Shown in pieces: positions 15,456 through 27,939 of a stretch of DNA of 64,000 nt (position 1 is the first letter of the stretch; each line of letters opens with the position of its first letter). Source of the stretch: the human T2T-CHM13v2.0 reference genome, Homo sapiens; NCBI RefSeq assembly GCF_009914755.1, contig NC_060929.1; one strand, written 5' to 3'. Below the pieces are notes generated by a model. That model was not told the DNA's origin. It saw nothing but the letters and a program-made list of their open reading frames with translations, and did no database searches. Position numbers and translations under genes: made by a program.

Positions 15456-15485
<30 letters not shown>
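15313..15485 (+). mobile_element. Alu monomer (FLAM/FRAM-like) with long poly-A
   Basis: Single monomer ending in ~29 A. Confidence 0.75.
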
Positions 15486-15486
<1 letters not shown>

Positions 15487-17124
15487 AAGGGAGAGAAGGA
15501 TGGGCAAGCCATTATGCCATTTCCCGACCTGAGAGTCTAGGTAAAGGAGGCAGCCACAGCTCAGCGGCAGCAGGAGCTGGAGCGCTAATGGGCACGTCAA
15601 GGGGCAAGAATGCGATGTGCAGCTGCCTGGAGGAGGGCACTGTGAAGGATCTCCACCTCCCCAACACCCGCCACTGCCCCAGGGAGGGACTCAGAATTAT
15701 TTCGAGAGAAGGGAGCAACGTAGAAATCTGTGGGGCAGAGAGGGCTCCTCTGAAGGTGCAGGATCACATCCACACTTCGCGAGGTCCTGAAAGCAGAGGA
15801 CAGCGGGGCACAGGGCTCACAGCGCACCCCTGGCTGCGCCAGCCCCACCTCACAGCCAGAACTGAGGCTCAGAGAGGCCCCCAGGCTCCTCATCTAGAGC
15901 CTTCCCCTCCAGCCCTCAGCATTTTCCTCTTCCAGACTCCGCCCTCCAAAAGCACCAAGCAAGGCGTGACTACCCCCAGGCTACATGCACCTCACCATTC
16001 CAGGTCCCGAGGACTTGGGGTACTCCCCAGACTCCCCAACCAGGCCAGAGACATCCTCTGAGAACACTCCCCGTGAGAACATTCCCCAGGAAGCTGATGA
16101 AAGTGGGCAGAGAAACAGGGACCTGGGAGTAGGTGGCCTGACCTGGGCACACCCGCACTGTCCCAGACTGAGTGCCAAACCCACACACAGGGTTCGCAGA
16201 CATTCGTCCCTTTCACTCCCTTCTTCCCAGGCAGGCTGCAAACCTAAGGGAGCTCAGGCCTGGCCCTGCGTGCTCTTCCGCCTCTGTGACATTTCTCCCC
16301 CTGTAAAACAATGTCAGTAACCTCTGTCTGTACATCTCATGAGGCTGTTGTGGGCAACTTTTAGGATTTGAAGTAACTTGTAAAGCTGACATTTTGTAAG
16401 CACAGTATATACAGAGAAACACAGATTTCGACACTGCTACCGATAAACCCAAATTTATCAATGTACATAAACCCCTAGAGAACAAGCACCCACTGGCCTC
16501 CCCACTGGATCAAAAATCCTTTCATTGAGTTTCATGCCACTGAGGTGGAATTTCTCTAGAACACAGCTCCAGCTTAGAGCCCAAGCTTCTCACCCTATTC
16601 CTTGGATGGTCACCTACTGGTTTTGCCGGCCTCATGTCCTCTCCCTTTTCTTCCAATAACACCACTCCAAATTGTCCTTTGGGATCAGCTTTCACTTCTT
16701 GGTCCCTAGAGCTCCAGTGGGGTTGATCGTGCACACACATGAACACACACACACAGACGCAGCTGAGCCTCGCCCATCGAGAGGCTGCCCTGCGGGTCTC
16801 AGTGACCAGGACGGGTAATCCGTATTGTTAGATGCAGGCTGTCTGTACTGATAAATGCAGGCAATCCACACTGGTCCATCAGAGGGAATTAGGGAATTTC
16901 TGCTGGGACTGTTGGAAAACAGAAACTAACACTAAGGATGTGAATCTGGAGTTGCTGGAAGCTTCCCTGGCACTTTATGGGGAGAGTGAGGGCATCCTTG
17001 AGAAATATGGAGCCAAGAGGAAGAAACAAAATCCAGGCACCTTGAGCCGGGCCTACACAGACACTAGCCTGGACTTCTCCGTTACTCAAGCTAATTAATA
17101 ACCCCCTGCTTTCTCCCCGATTTT

Positions 17125-17760
<636 letters not shown>

Positions 17761-18519
17761 AATTCTTTGAAATTAAGCTGCACCATCTTGGAGTCATGTC
17801 ACATTGCTATTTGAGGGTAAAAGGATCCAAAGGCATCTAGAAAGGTTGAAGCTAATGGGTTGCTGCTCGGTGAGGGAAGGAGGGACAGCCTGCTCTGGAG
17901 ACCATGACTGTAACTGCACCTGCTCTGGAAGGGGATTTGGAGGCCACAGTCAGATATGGCTGCTAAGAAAGCCAAGGAGCTGGGGGAAAGGCAGGATAGT
18001 AGGGGGTAACAGAGCTTCCCAGACACACCGAGTGGGTGCAGGTGCACTGTATGTGGTCTCTGGTAGACTGACTATCTTGGTCCTTCGGGGCTGGGGAGTG
18101 GCTGGTCACCTCCAGCCTAGTGTCCTCTTCCCTTCCTGCAGTGAGGGAAGTGCTACCATTCTTTGCATGTGCTATGATATGGGAAAGCTGGCAAGCAATG
18201 TCCTAGAGTGCCACCCTTAGTCACTCACTTCGGGGGCAGAACAGCATCTGCTCAAGGGTTAAAGGCCAAAGACTGCAACCAACGGGACTGTGCCAGAGAC
18301 AATCCCAAACCCATCAACCTTCCCTTCAGCTGTGGCCGGCAGCACAGCTGGACAGCAGAGCCCCAGGGGAGGCAGAAATTTTGTGGTTGAAGAATGTTCC
18401 CAAAATGTGGTCCTTGGGAAACACCAAAGCGGAAGGAAGGCCCAGTTATGAGAACTTAGGCGGGCCAGTGGATGACTGAACCCCCGCTCTGCCCCACCCT
18501 CCTCTGGGGTGACAGCAGA

Positions 18520-19720
18520 AACATTCCATGGCCCCAGCAGACACTGGGGTAACACTCCACGGCTGACCCTGGGGTAACACTTGTGGCCCCGGCTGACGCT
18601 CAGGTAACACTCTATGGCCCCAGCTGACTCTAGGGTAACACTCCGCGGCCCTGACTGATGTGGGGGTAACACTCCACAGCCCTGGTTGACACTGGGGTAA
18701 CACTCCACGTCCCTGGTTGATGCTGGGGGTAACACTCCACAGCCCTGGATGACGCTGGAGTAACACTCCACAGCCCTGGTTGATGCTGGGGGTAACACTC
18801 CACGTCCCTGGTTGATGCTGGGGGTAACACTCCACAGCCCTGGATGGCGCTGGGGTAATGCCCTACAGCCCTGGTTGATGCTGGGGGTAACACTCCACAG
18901 CCCTGGATGGCGCTGGGGTAATGCCCTACAGCCCTGGTTGATGCTGGGGGTAACACTCCACGTCCCTGGATGGCGCTGGGGTAACACTCCACAGCCCTGG
19001 ATGGCGCTGGGGTAACACTCCACAGCCCTGGTTGGCGCTGGGGTAATGCCCTACAGCCCTGGATGGCGCTGGGGTAATGCCCTACAGCCCTGGATGGCGC
19101 TGGGGTAACGCCCTACAGCCCTGGATGGCGCTGGGGTAACACTCCACAGCCCTGGATGGCGCTGGGGTAACACTCCACAGCCCTGGATGGCGCTGGGGTA
19201 ACACTCCACAGCCCTGGATGGCGCTGGGGTAACACTCCACAGCCCTGGATGGCGCTGGGGTAATGCCCTACAGCCCTGGATGGCGCTGGGGTAATGCCCT
19301 ACAGCCCTGGATGGCGCTGGGGTAACACTCCACAGCCCTGGATGGCGCTGGGGTAATGCCCTACAGCCCTGGATGGCGCTGGGGTAATGCCCTACAGCCC
19401 TGGATGGCGCTGGGGTAACGCCCTACAGCCCTGGATGGCGCTGGGGTAACGCCCTACAGCCCTGGATGGCGCTGGGGTAACACTCCACAGCCCTGGATGG
19501 CGCTGGGGTAACACTCCACAGCCCTGGATGGCGCTGGGGTAACGCCCTACAGCCCTGGATGGCGCTGGGGTAACGCCCTACAGCCCTGGATGGCGCTGGG
19601 GTAACGCCCTACAGCCCTGGATGGCGCTGGGGTAACGCCCTACAGCCCTGGATGGCGCTGGGGTAATGCCCTACAGCCCTGGATGGCGCTGGGGTAACGC
19701 CCTACAGCCCTGGCTGACCC
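18520..19720. repeat. GC-rich minisatellite/VNTR, 31-32 bp unit, about 38 copies
   Basis: Unit GCCCTGGATGGCGCTGGGGTAAC(ACTCC/GCCCT)ACA; 31-nt period (e.g. 19141 and 19172). Confidence 0.97.
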
Positions 19721-22700
19721 TGTTGGTTGCTCCCCAGTAGCCATGCCCAGTCTTCCTTCCTACCAAAGCCTCGATTCTGTTCCAGCGGCAACACGCCCAG
19801 CCTCAGGGGATGAGTCAAGATTGGCCAAAGCCTCCTATGGCGATCGCATTACCCTTGCCAGTGAAGGGGATGGCGACCCTGTGACCTAGCTCTGGCTAGT
19901 GGCTGTAAGTCTGCCGAAAGGTGGGAAAGTTTTCCCCTGAATTGAAATTAAAGAGACAACCTCTCAAGAAGACCGCTCTCTTCCCTGCCCCCTTCCCTTC
20001 TACCCAGGCTACTCTTGGGTGAAGACATAGGTTCACAGCTGCAGCAGCCACCTTGTGACCATGAGGAAAGGACAAGAGAACGGCAGAGACTGAGTGGTAC
20101 TCAGGTGTGGCCAAGTCGCTGACAGACCCAGGATGCGCTGACCGTCTTCCAAGCTTCTCCTGTAGTGTGTGCTAAGAAAGGACACTCAGATATTCTGTTA
20201 CTTCCCATCAAAAGCATATTTACCATCCTGTACTTTTCCTGTCTGTTATCATATTTGCATACATGGGAGCTGTGACCACACTATCAGAGGAGAGGCAGTG
20301 GAAGAGGTTGGATGACAGAGCTGGTAAATGGTGGGACCAGGCCTCAAACTCTCTTCTGCTGATAGGAAACCTCAGGCATGGTCTGCTCTGCTCTGCCTCT
20401 GGTATAAATTCATTCAGCTTACAGATTCCCCAACCTCAGGGGCCATGCCTCAAATTTTCAAAGCCGATGTGGAAAAGTCCAATCCAAAATGACAAAATAT
20501 GTCTGTGAAAGGAACGCCCCAATCCTTGGCTCATTCTAAACATGCTACTATTATTATAAAGCTCTCCCAAACTGTTGCAAGGAAAAAAAAAAAAAGGACA
20601 AGAAAAGAGTGGAGAGAGAAAGTGAACATGCCAAGAAGTCATTGAAAGGAAACTTTTTTTTGTTGTTTTGGGAGCCAGGAAATGTCAAGGGAACAAATGT
20701 AGCTATGATTTACACTGCATCTCCAGTTGTGCCATGGAATTCAAAAATAGGCATCTTAATTAAAACTGACAGCAGAGAGCAGCCCTGACAAGTAGACAAA
20801 CCACCAAAGAGGCTGAAAAATCTCCATTTGACTCTGGGTTGACAGTATTTAACCAATATACAGAGTTGATAAGAGAAAAGGAAAATGCGTAAACTTTACT
20901 CGAGTCTCTGGGCTTTTCTTGTTTTCAAACTGATTGGTCTGGACAATGGAAGGCCAACAGCCAACAATAAATCCATTGTAAGCTGGCATGGTCTCCTCTG
21001 AATACAACTAAATATTTCTTTAATCCTTGCATTACATTTTTTACTGTATTATGAAAGCCATGTATTCTAAAGTTTTAAGCTTTTATAACATTGTAACTAT
21101 AGGTATAAGATGGGGGGATTGATTACTTAGGCAACCTATTTAAAGCACTTTAAGAGGAAAATATTAGATTTTTTTGCATGAATATTTTCACATCATAGTG
21201 AAGATACGATCGTTCATGGCTCTTACTCAGAAATCTTGTTTATCTCTTCCTTTGTGTGCCATGGGAAGGGTCTTTAATGATCATGAGTTGACATGAATAT
21301 TCCTTTCTTGTAGCTTCTGTATCTTCATTATCGGGCACATCAGCCGGTCCCAGAAAAAGTTATTTCACAGTTCTGTTCCCAAGGGAACAAAGAGAGTGGG
21401 TCCCATATTCACAGTGGCTTTTGTTGGCTTCTTTCCCCCTGACATTAAAGCCATGTATGGTTGGCAAGGATGTCTTTTCTTTAATGTGGACATGGTTTCT
21501 GCCTCTGGTTCTCTGGAAACAAGTTTGCTGTAGGACAAGCTGCCCGCACACTCACATACACGGAAAAGAGGCTTCACTGAGAACAAATCAGAACTGAAAA
21601 ACAGCTTCAAGTACAAATGTTCTTTTCTTCCGAGATTTTGAGTTCAATATTTATTTGGCTTTCATATCTAATGGCTTGAAAAAGTATCTATACATCTAAT
21701 TAGAGTTAATTACTCACTCCCTGTATGTGCCTCCCACAGTGCTCTCCTCCCAGCCAAGGAACTCATTGTTACCGGCCAGGCTGTGTACATTTCCCATCCA
21801 GTGACATTTACAAGAAGAATAGCTCCTAGCAGAAACAGGCTGGTACCCTAAGAGAGAGAAGCTGTCTCACAGGGGCCACCCAAACAACCAGAAGTTCAGC
21901 CCCAACTGCATTCATACTGCACCATCTCTGACTCTCCACTGGCGGGAAAACCCAGCCAGCTTACACTCCACGCACAGCATGCGCCTCAGATACCCAGCTG
22001 GGATTAGCGAGCAGGACCACGTGTGAATGGCACGGCAAATTCTCCAGAATACAGGGTTCCCTGGATTCTAAATTTTTCTCTTGCCTTTCTAATCAAGAAC
22101 AGAGAGAGAGAGAGAACACACACCCTGTCCAATAACTCATTGTTCAAGCACTGTAGTTCACCCAGGTAAAATTCAGTGCAGCCGGGAGGGGGGAAGCCTG
22201 GGAGAGCAACTGCAGTCTCTCCCGCTGAAGTTCAGGACTCAAAAATCAACACTTCCCAGCAGTGGCTGCCTGCCCAGGATGCCCCTCCCTCCTAAAATAG
22301 ACACAATTTGTAGTTCCTTGTAAAATGGTTGTATCAGGACTTCTGATTTACTCAATCAGGGCTTGCGGTTTATTTTTAGCAAATAAGAGAGGCCTCCTAT
22401 GAGAAAGAGCAGCCACACTTATAGCACTAACAGGTAGAAACTTTACTGGCCCTCTATAAATCAATTCAACACCCTGGTCTCCAGGCATTTGCCAAAAGCT
22501 AATGGGCGGCAATTATGAAACCATCGCCAGGAGTTTCCAGCAGGGCTGAGAGAGAGTTTTAAGTCTGCAGGCCCTTTCAAGGGTAAAATAGGAAATCATT
22601 TCATGAAGCAGCAATTTTACCCAGAACCCAGCTAGAAGAGATGTGATCCTAGCTTAAATTAAAGTGACTAAGAAACAGGTGGGGTGAACAAGGAGGTGTG

Positions 22701-23329
22701 GTACGCAGTCATCTTCTCCCACTTTCCTTTGGAATCCAAAGGAACTCAACATTGGAAACACAGCTGGATACGTTAATAAAGATCCCAGCTGGGCAGTCTA
22801 GGGAACTGGGGGTGTACAGGCCAGTGCTCCCTCTCCTCCACCTTGAAACCCTGCCTGTTTTCACACAGCAATTGAGGATGCCCCCTTGGACAGCGACCTT
22901 GGGGTCTGGAGCAGCCATCTATCCCAGGAGAAGGAGGAAGGCTCGGCAGGGGAGGCTCTGGCCAGCCCACCAGGGCCTGTCCAGTTTCGTGGGGAGGGGA
23001 ACTGCCGCACATGCCGCACACAAAAGGCGGAGGCTTTGACCAACATGCTGGGTGAGGGCTTTGAGGACCCAAAGGTGGCTCTTTCTTTGAAGACACACAG
23101 CAGCAATCTTAACCCTTAGAAGTGTCACAGAGCCTCATATGAGCTTTCAAGTAAGCTGTGGAAGTCGCGATTCCCAGGTAAGGGACGGAAAACTCCGGAT
23201 GTCCTGCGAGCCCACACCCCAGATGGCACCGCCTGAAACCAGAATCCAGGTCCTCCACCCCCGATTGTTTCTCCTTCCTCTCATCTTACCAAGTCATGTG
23301 GGCGCCCCCACCCCCATCCCCGAGGCCTC

Positions 23330-24930
23330 AGTGCGACGGTGACCGCTCAGTCTTGGGGCCTGAGCTGCTGGAGACACACTGGAGCACAGCGGGGCCCAGC
23401 CCTCGGGCCTGTCTGAGGCTTTCCTCCGCCGTGACCACCGCCTCTCCAGGTGTACCAGCGTTGGTTAGGAACAGTAGGTGCTACTGGTCACAGTCACCAG
23501 ATACTTCCCACGAGCCTCATCTTTATCCCCGACTCTGGCCGCCGGCGGGAAGCGGCGTGTCCGAGCGCACACCCCGTGGAGACTGACCCTAGGTCTGTTA
23601 CTCCAAAGTCCCTGGTCTCTCCTTCCCCTTTCTCGCGGCCGCCTGCCTGGCACGGGACCCTGAGGCCGGAGCGGAGACCGCAAAACCCCTTGGGGCCGGC
23701 ACCCCCTGCCTCCGCCTTGGCGCAGACGTGCCCATCTCTGGGACGGCCCCGAGCGCACGCAGCCGGCGGGCGACCCTCCTCCCAGAGACCTGCACGCTGC
23801 CCCCGGCTCCCAGCGTACCGCCACCCTCAACCCGACACACCCAAGTCCGCCCCAGCCACGCGCCAAGACGCTCACCTCCCGCAGCAGGCGCTCCAGGTGC
23901 GGCTCGGCCCAGGCGTCCAGGGCGCCTGGCGGCCCCGCGCGCCGCAGCAGCTCCCGCTCCTCCTCGAGCGCCGCCACCCGGCCCTGCAGCGCGGCCGCCT
24001 GGACACCCAGCAGCAGGCAGGCAGCCGCCGAGCCCACGGAGAGCAGCAGGCACAGCGCGCTCACCGCCCGGGACCCGGCCGTCGTCGCCGAGCGCCCTCC
24101 GCCGCCGCCGCCCGCCGCATTGCCCTTCCCCGCGTCGCCGCCGCCACCGGCGCGCTCGCCTGGGCCCATGGCGCGTTCGTCGCGCGTGGACTCTCCGAGG
24201 GGGCGGTGCTGCTGGGGCAGAGGCTGGGTGCGAGAGGAGCAGGCGGGACAGCCCGAGGCACGAGGTCCGCCGGGCGCGGGGGTTAGCCTCCGGGTAGCAG
24301 CGGATCGCCGCGCACGCCCCCTTCGCCGCAGCCAGCTCCTCCACAGCGGCCACTTTGGGCAGTTTCCTCTATGCAAATAGACCCTGCCAGAAAAGGAGCA
24401 GGGACCCACCCAGGGGAGGAGCGGCCGGGCTGGCCCCGCGCGGCGAGGGGGCGGGGGCGAGGAAGGAGCGAGCTCCTCGGAGCCACCCGTCGGCGCCGGG
24501 CTGATCCCACGCGCAGCGCGCACCTCTGCCCTCACCTAGCCCGGGCGCCGGCACCCGCCCCCGCACGCACCTCTGAGGCTTCCCCAGCCCAAGCCCGCAC
24601 TGTGGACCCCAGAGGTCGGAGGGGAGCCCGGCGACACCGCGCCCCTTCTGCAGCCCACCCCTGGCTGGAGCACCCACCACTCGTGCCTTAGCACATTCCT
24701 CTAAACTTGTGAATTACCTTTCTGACACTTGTAAAAGTTCAAAACTTCAAATCCTGCAAAAAACTGAGTGGGTCTGTCCTCGGTGGTGGATTAGCGCCGC
24801 TTCGTGGCGGAAAGCGACCTCTGCGCACTCACATTTAGAGAGGCAGGGTCGAGATTGCGCCAAACAGAAATACGCCCCTTAGAATCTTCTCACGAGTTCT
24901 TAGCTGCCGGACTTCGGTGCGGGAAACAAA
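23330..24930. promoter_or_regulatory. COL23A1 CpG-island promoter and 5'UTR
   Basis: Very CpG-rich around exon 1; GC boxes; perfect octamer ATGCAAAT at 24371-24378. Confidence 0.85.
23876..24169 (-). CDS. COL23A1: COL23A1 exon 1 coding part (294 nt, 98 aa): cytoplasmic tail, transmembrane helix and start of the coiled coil of collagen XXIII
   Basis: Strong Kozak GCGCCATGG; MGPGERAGGGGDAGKGNAAGGGGGGRSATTAGSRAVSALCLLLSVGSAAACLLLGVQAAALQGRVAALEEERELLRR...RLLRE; donor GAG|GTGAGC. Confidence 0.95.
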
Positions 24931-25489
24931 AATGGTAAGACTGTTTCTGGCCTGGAGAGGGCTTTTGAGAAAACTGAGACTATAACGAATGGGAAAGATT
25001 CAGAAAATGAACTTCAAGTCTTGTTCAACTGATGACTTAATTCTGTATTAGACGCACAACTTGGCCAAAAATTATGATCTAGTATGCACCACACTTAACC
25101 TGTACTGCGATTCTGCTGCAAATTTAAATCACAGGGCTGAGGCAAGAAGGCTGTGGCGTACAGCCTGGGTCCAGAGAACAGAATGAGTGGCACTAACAAG
25201 TCTTGGCAGGAAAGGGAAGAACTGCTGGAAGTCAGGCTGGGTTCAGATTCCTACCAGGCATATTCATGTCCTAAATGGGTCCCAAGTAACTCTTTCGCTA
25301 ACTCCTGTAATACCTAAATGAAACAACAAACCAGCAGTTCAGATCTTTGTGATTTGAGTAACCCCCCAACCATTTTTTTTTAAGAAAAATAACGTTATAT
25401 CCATCTTCCCTCTCACTCTGGATATCTTCTGGTTGTCTCATTTCTGTGGATACTCACCTTTTAGAACTGTTGAGTGCCTCTGGCTAACA

Positions 25490-27360
25490 TGTTCCATCTC
25501 CTTCCCTTAATTCAGAGGGGAACCCCTGAGATGGCCGGGGGTTATGGTTGATAGACTTGGCTCTGTGCTAAAGTCTGGTGTATGCCCAATAGAATGAAAA
25601 GTTGGCCTCATTCTGAAAAGAGGCCAACACCCTCTTACAAGTCAGCACTACATTTCTTACAGGCACATAAACTGCACACCACCTACCTATGTTAATGTTA
25701 CTGCATGTATTGTTTGCCATGTTCCTGAAGCTTCTGTGTATTGAAAAAGCCAAGCTCACTGGCCCCTGGGCCTCTGCCCTTGCCTACCACCTCACTACCT
25801 GCATTCCTGCTCTCAGATCGTTAAACGGCAAGCCCCTCCTCATCCTCCAGGTCAAGGTCCTCAACCTCACTGCTTCTAAAAGATCTTCCCAGACTGCCCA
25901 ATTTAAGGTGGCCCACAAGATTAATCAGGGAATTGGGGCGGCTGAATTAAGATGGAAATACTGTCTGCAACTCATTCTAAAAGGCGAAAAAGAAAATGAC
26001 TTACTTGTGTCCATTAGGGTCCTGGAAGAATAGATGGCATCCTCAGAGAGGGTGACTCAAGACAGCCTGAATGTAGAGCCACTTCACAAAGTGGAGATCA
26101 GAGGGGCCAGCAGGGGAGGCCGAAGCAGCACTCTGCGGGTATTGACAGTGGGAGGCCATTACCATCCCTAACTGGGAACCCTGGGGAACTTGGAGCTATA
26201 GAAGAGGGCTGCTCCACAGCACCTGTGGCCCTTGGTTAAGGGGAACAGCCTCTGCAAAGCCATGGCTTGAAAGGGAGGGAGCTCACAGAATAAATACTCA
26301 ACTGCTCTCTCCTGCTCTCTGATCTACTGGGGCCTTCCAATGACCAAACCTCCAGGGCAGGGGCCAGCCTCCTAGAGGGCAGAGAGCAGAGGCAGAAGGA
26401 AGAAGGGCAGATCTTGAGGGGGAATAAAAGAATATCCACTAACCTATCGTGTGTAGCATCACCTAACAGGTAGACAGCACTTACACCAATCCCGCTACTG
26501 CTGCCTATGAATGGCTAACCTGTCAGCAATAGACTAAACAAGGTACTCCTCAGGCAGACTAACTGGCCACGTGGTGGCAAAACAGCTACTTTGGATTCCC
26601 TCCTTCCTGCAAGGACCAATGGTTTGCCCCTCACAGGGACAGCACCAGGTGTGGGCTTGTCTTTCCTGCCTGCAGAGCCTCAGCCAGCATTGCTATCCTT
26701 ACAGAATGCCCAACCCACAGGTACAGGATCTCACACACCACCACACCCAACCAGGGCACCCATTTTACAGTAAAGGTCTGGGGCTGAACCCATGGACCAA
26801 GGAATCCACTGGTTGTGTTGCATCCTGCACTGGTCAGGAGCAACCAGCCTCACAGAATACTGGAACTGCCTTCTGAAGGCACAGATGAAGCACCAGCTCA
26901 GGGGCCACTCCCTGAAGGATTTAGTGCCATCTCTCAGGATGTAGTGTGTGTGTTAAATCAGGAACCTCTATATGATGCTGTGCTCCCAGTAAGAATACGT
27001 GAGTCCATGAACCCACGGGTAGAAGCACTAGCCATCCCTCCCCATGACCCCATGGGGGATGTTATGCTTCCTGTTAGAGAGTTGGAGGTCCTAGTTCTCA
27101 AAGGGGTTACATTCTTGCCAGGGGACACAGTAGGGGTTCCATTAAACTATAAGCTATTGCTGCCACCCAGGGCACTTTGAACTCTGTATATAGGGACCTG
27201 AAATCAAGACAGCACCATTTGGCAGAGGCAATTGACCCTAATGAGGAGGAAGAGGTAGGGCTGCTTTCATACAGGGTGCAGGAAAGAATAGGCCAGGCAC
27301 CTCATGGTACGCCTTTGCCCAATTGCAACTGGAACAAAAATGTGTAGCAACCCTGACCTG
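25490..27360 (+). mobile_element. ERV-L class internal relic (integrase and dUTPase remnants), interrupted by other repeats
   Basis: ORF 26815-27180 ends EVLVLKGVTFLPGDTVGVPLNYKLLLPP, resembling ERV-L dUTPase; upstream integrase-like degenerate sequence. Confidence 0.7.
26007..26440 (-). mobile_element. Old ERVL-type LTR relic (subfamily uncertain)
   Basis: TGTGTCCATTAGGGTCC...AGATGGCA...CTCA pattern typical of LTR33/LTR40-like ends. Confidence 0.4.
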
Positions 27361-27769
27361 ATGATCTACAAACGCTCAGACTCTTGGAGATAAAGGGAGC
27401 ATATCAAACTATTTTATAAAATAGGGATTATTTGGGTCAGATAGGATGGACAACCACTGAAGAAGGAATGTTAATAATGAAAAGGTTCAAATATGTTCAA
27501 ACTGCTGTTCAAGAAGGCATGGATATGTAATCCAGTTTATAAAAATTTTCAGCAGAAAATTGTTTAAATTAAGCCACAAGGTTTAAAGGGATAGCAAAGG
27601 GTGTTGTGTTTTTTTTATATAAGGTAATGTTATTTAAAAAAATTTTTTTAAGAAGGCAATGTTAAAAAAGGCACCAGGTTTTGATTCAATGCCCAGATTC
27701 TAGTTCTGGCTTCACTAATATCTCACAGTATAAACTGAAACAAGCTATAGACCCTCACTTTTTATTTAT

Positions 27770-27915
27770 TTATTTATTTATTATTATTATTTTTTTTAGA
27801 GGTGGGGGTCTCGCTATATTGCCCAGGCTGCTCTTGAACTCCTGGGGTCGAGCAATCCTTCTGCCTCGGCCTCCCAAATGCTGGGATTACAGGGGTGAGC
27901 CACCATGCCTGGCCA
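27770..27915 (-). mobile_element. FLAM/Alu left monomer
   Basis: Antisense monomer. Confidence 0.8.
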
Positions 27916-27939
27916 CCTTTTTGTTTTTAAAACAGAGAT

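Noticed and set aside
15405-16061. 218-aa ORF
   Set aside because: Starts inside an Alu monomer and reads through its poly-A tail; the remainder has no domain features.
18259-19023. 254-aa repetitive ORF on the minus strand
   Set aside because: A product of translating the VNTR through rotating frames; no splice or promoter support.
18520-19720. CRISPR-like array of ~31-bp partly palindromic repeats
   Set aside because: Units are head-to-tail with no unique spacers, there are no cas genes, and the context is human intron; it is a minisatellite.
23450-24297. 278-aa and 189-aa ORFs antisense to COL23A1 exon 1
   Set aside because: GC-rich shadow ORFs of the real exon.
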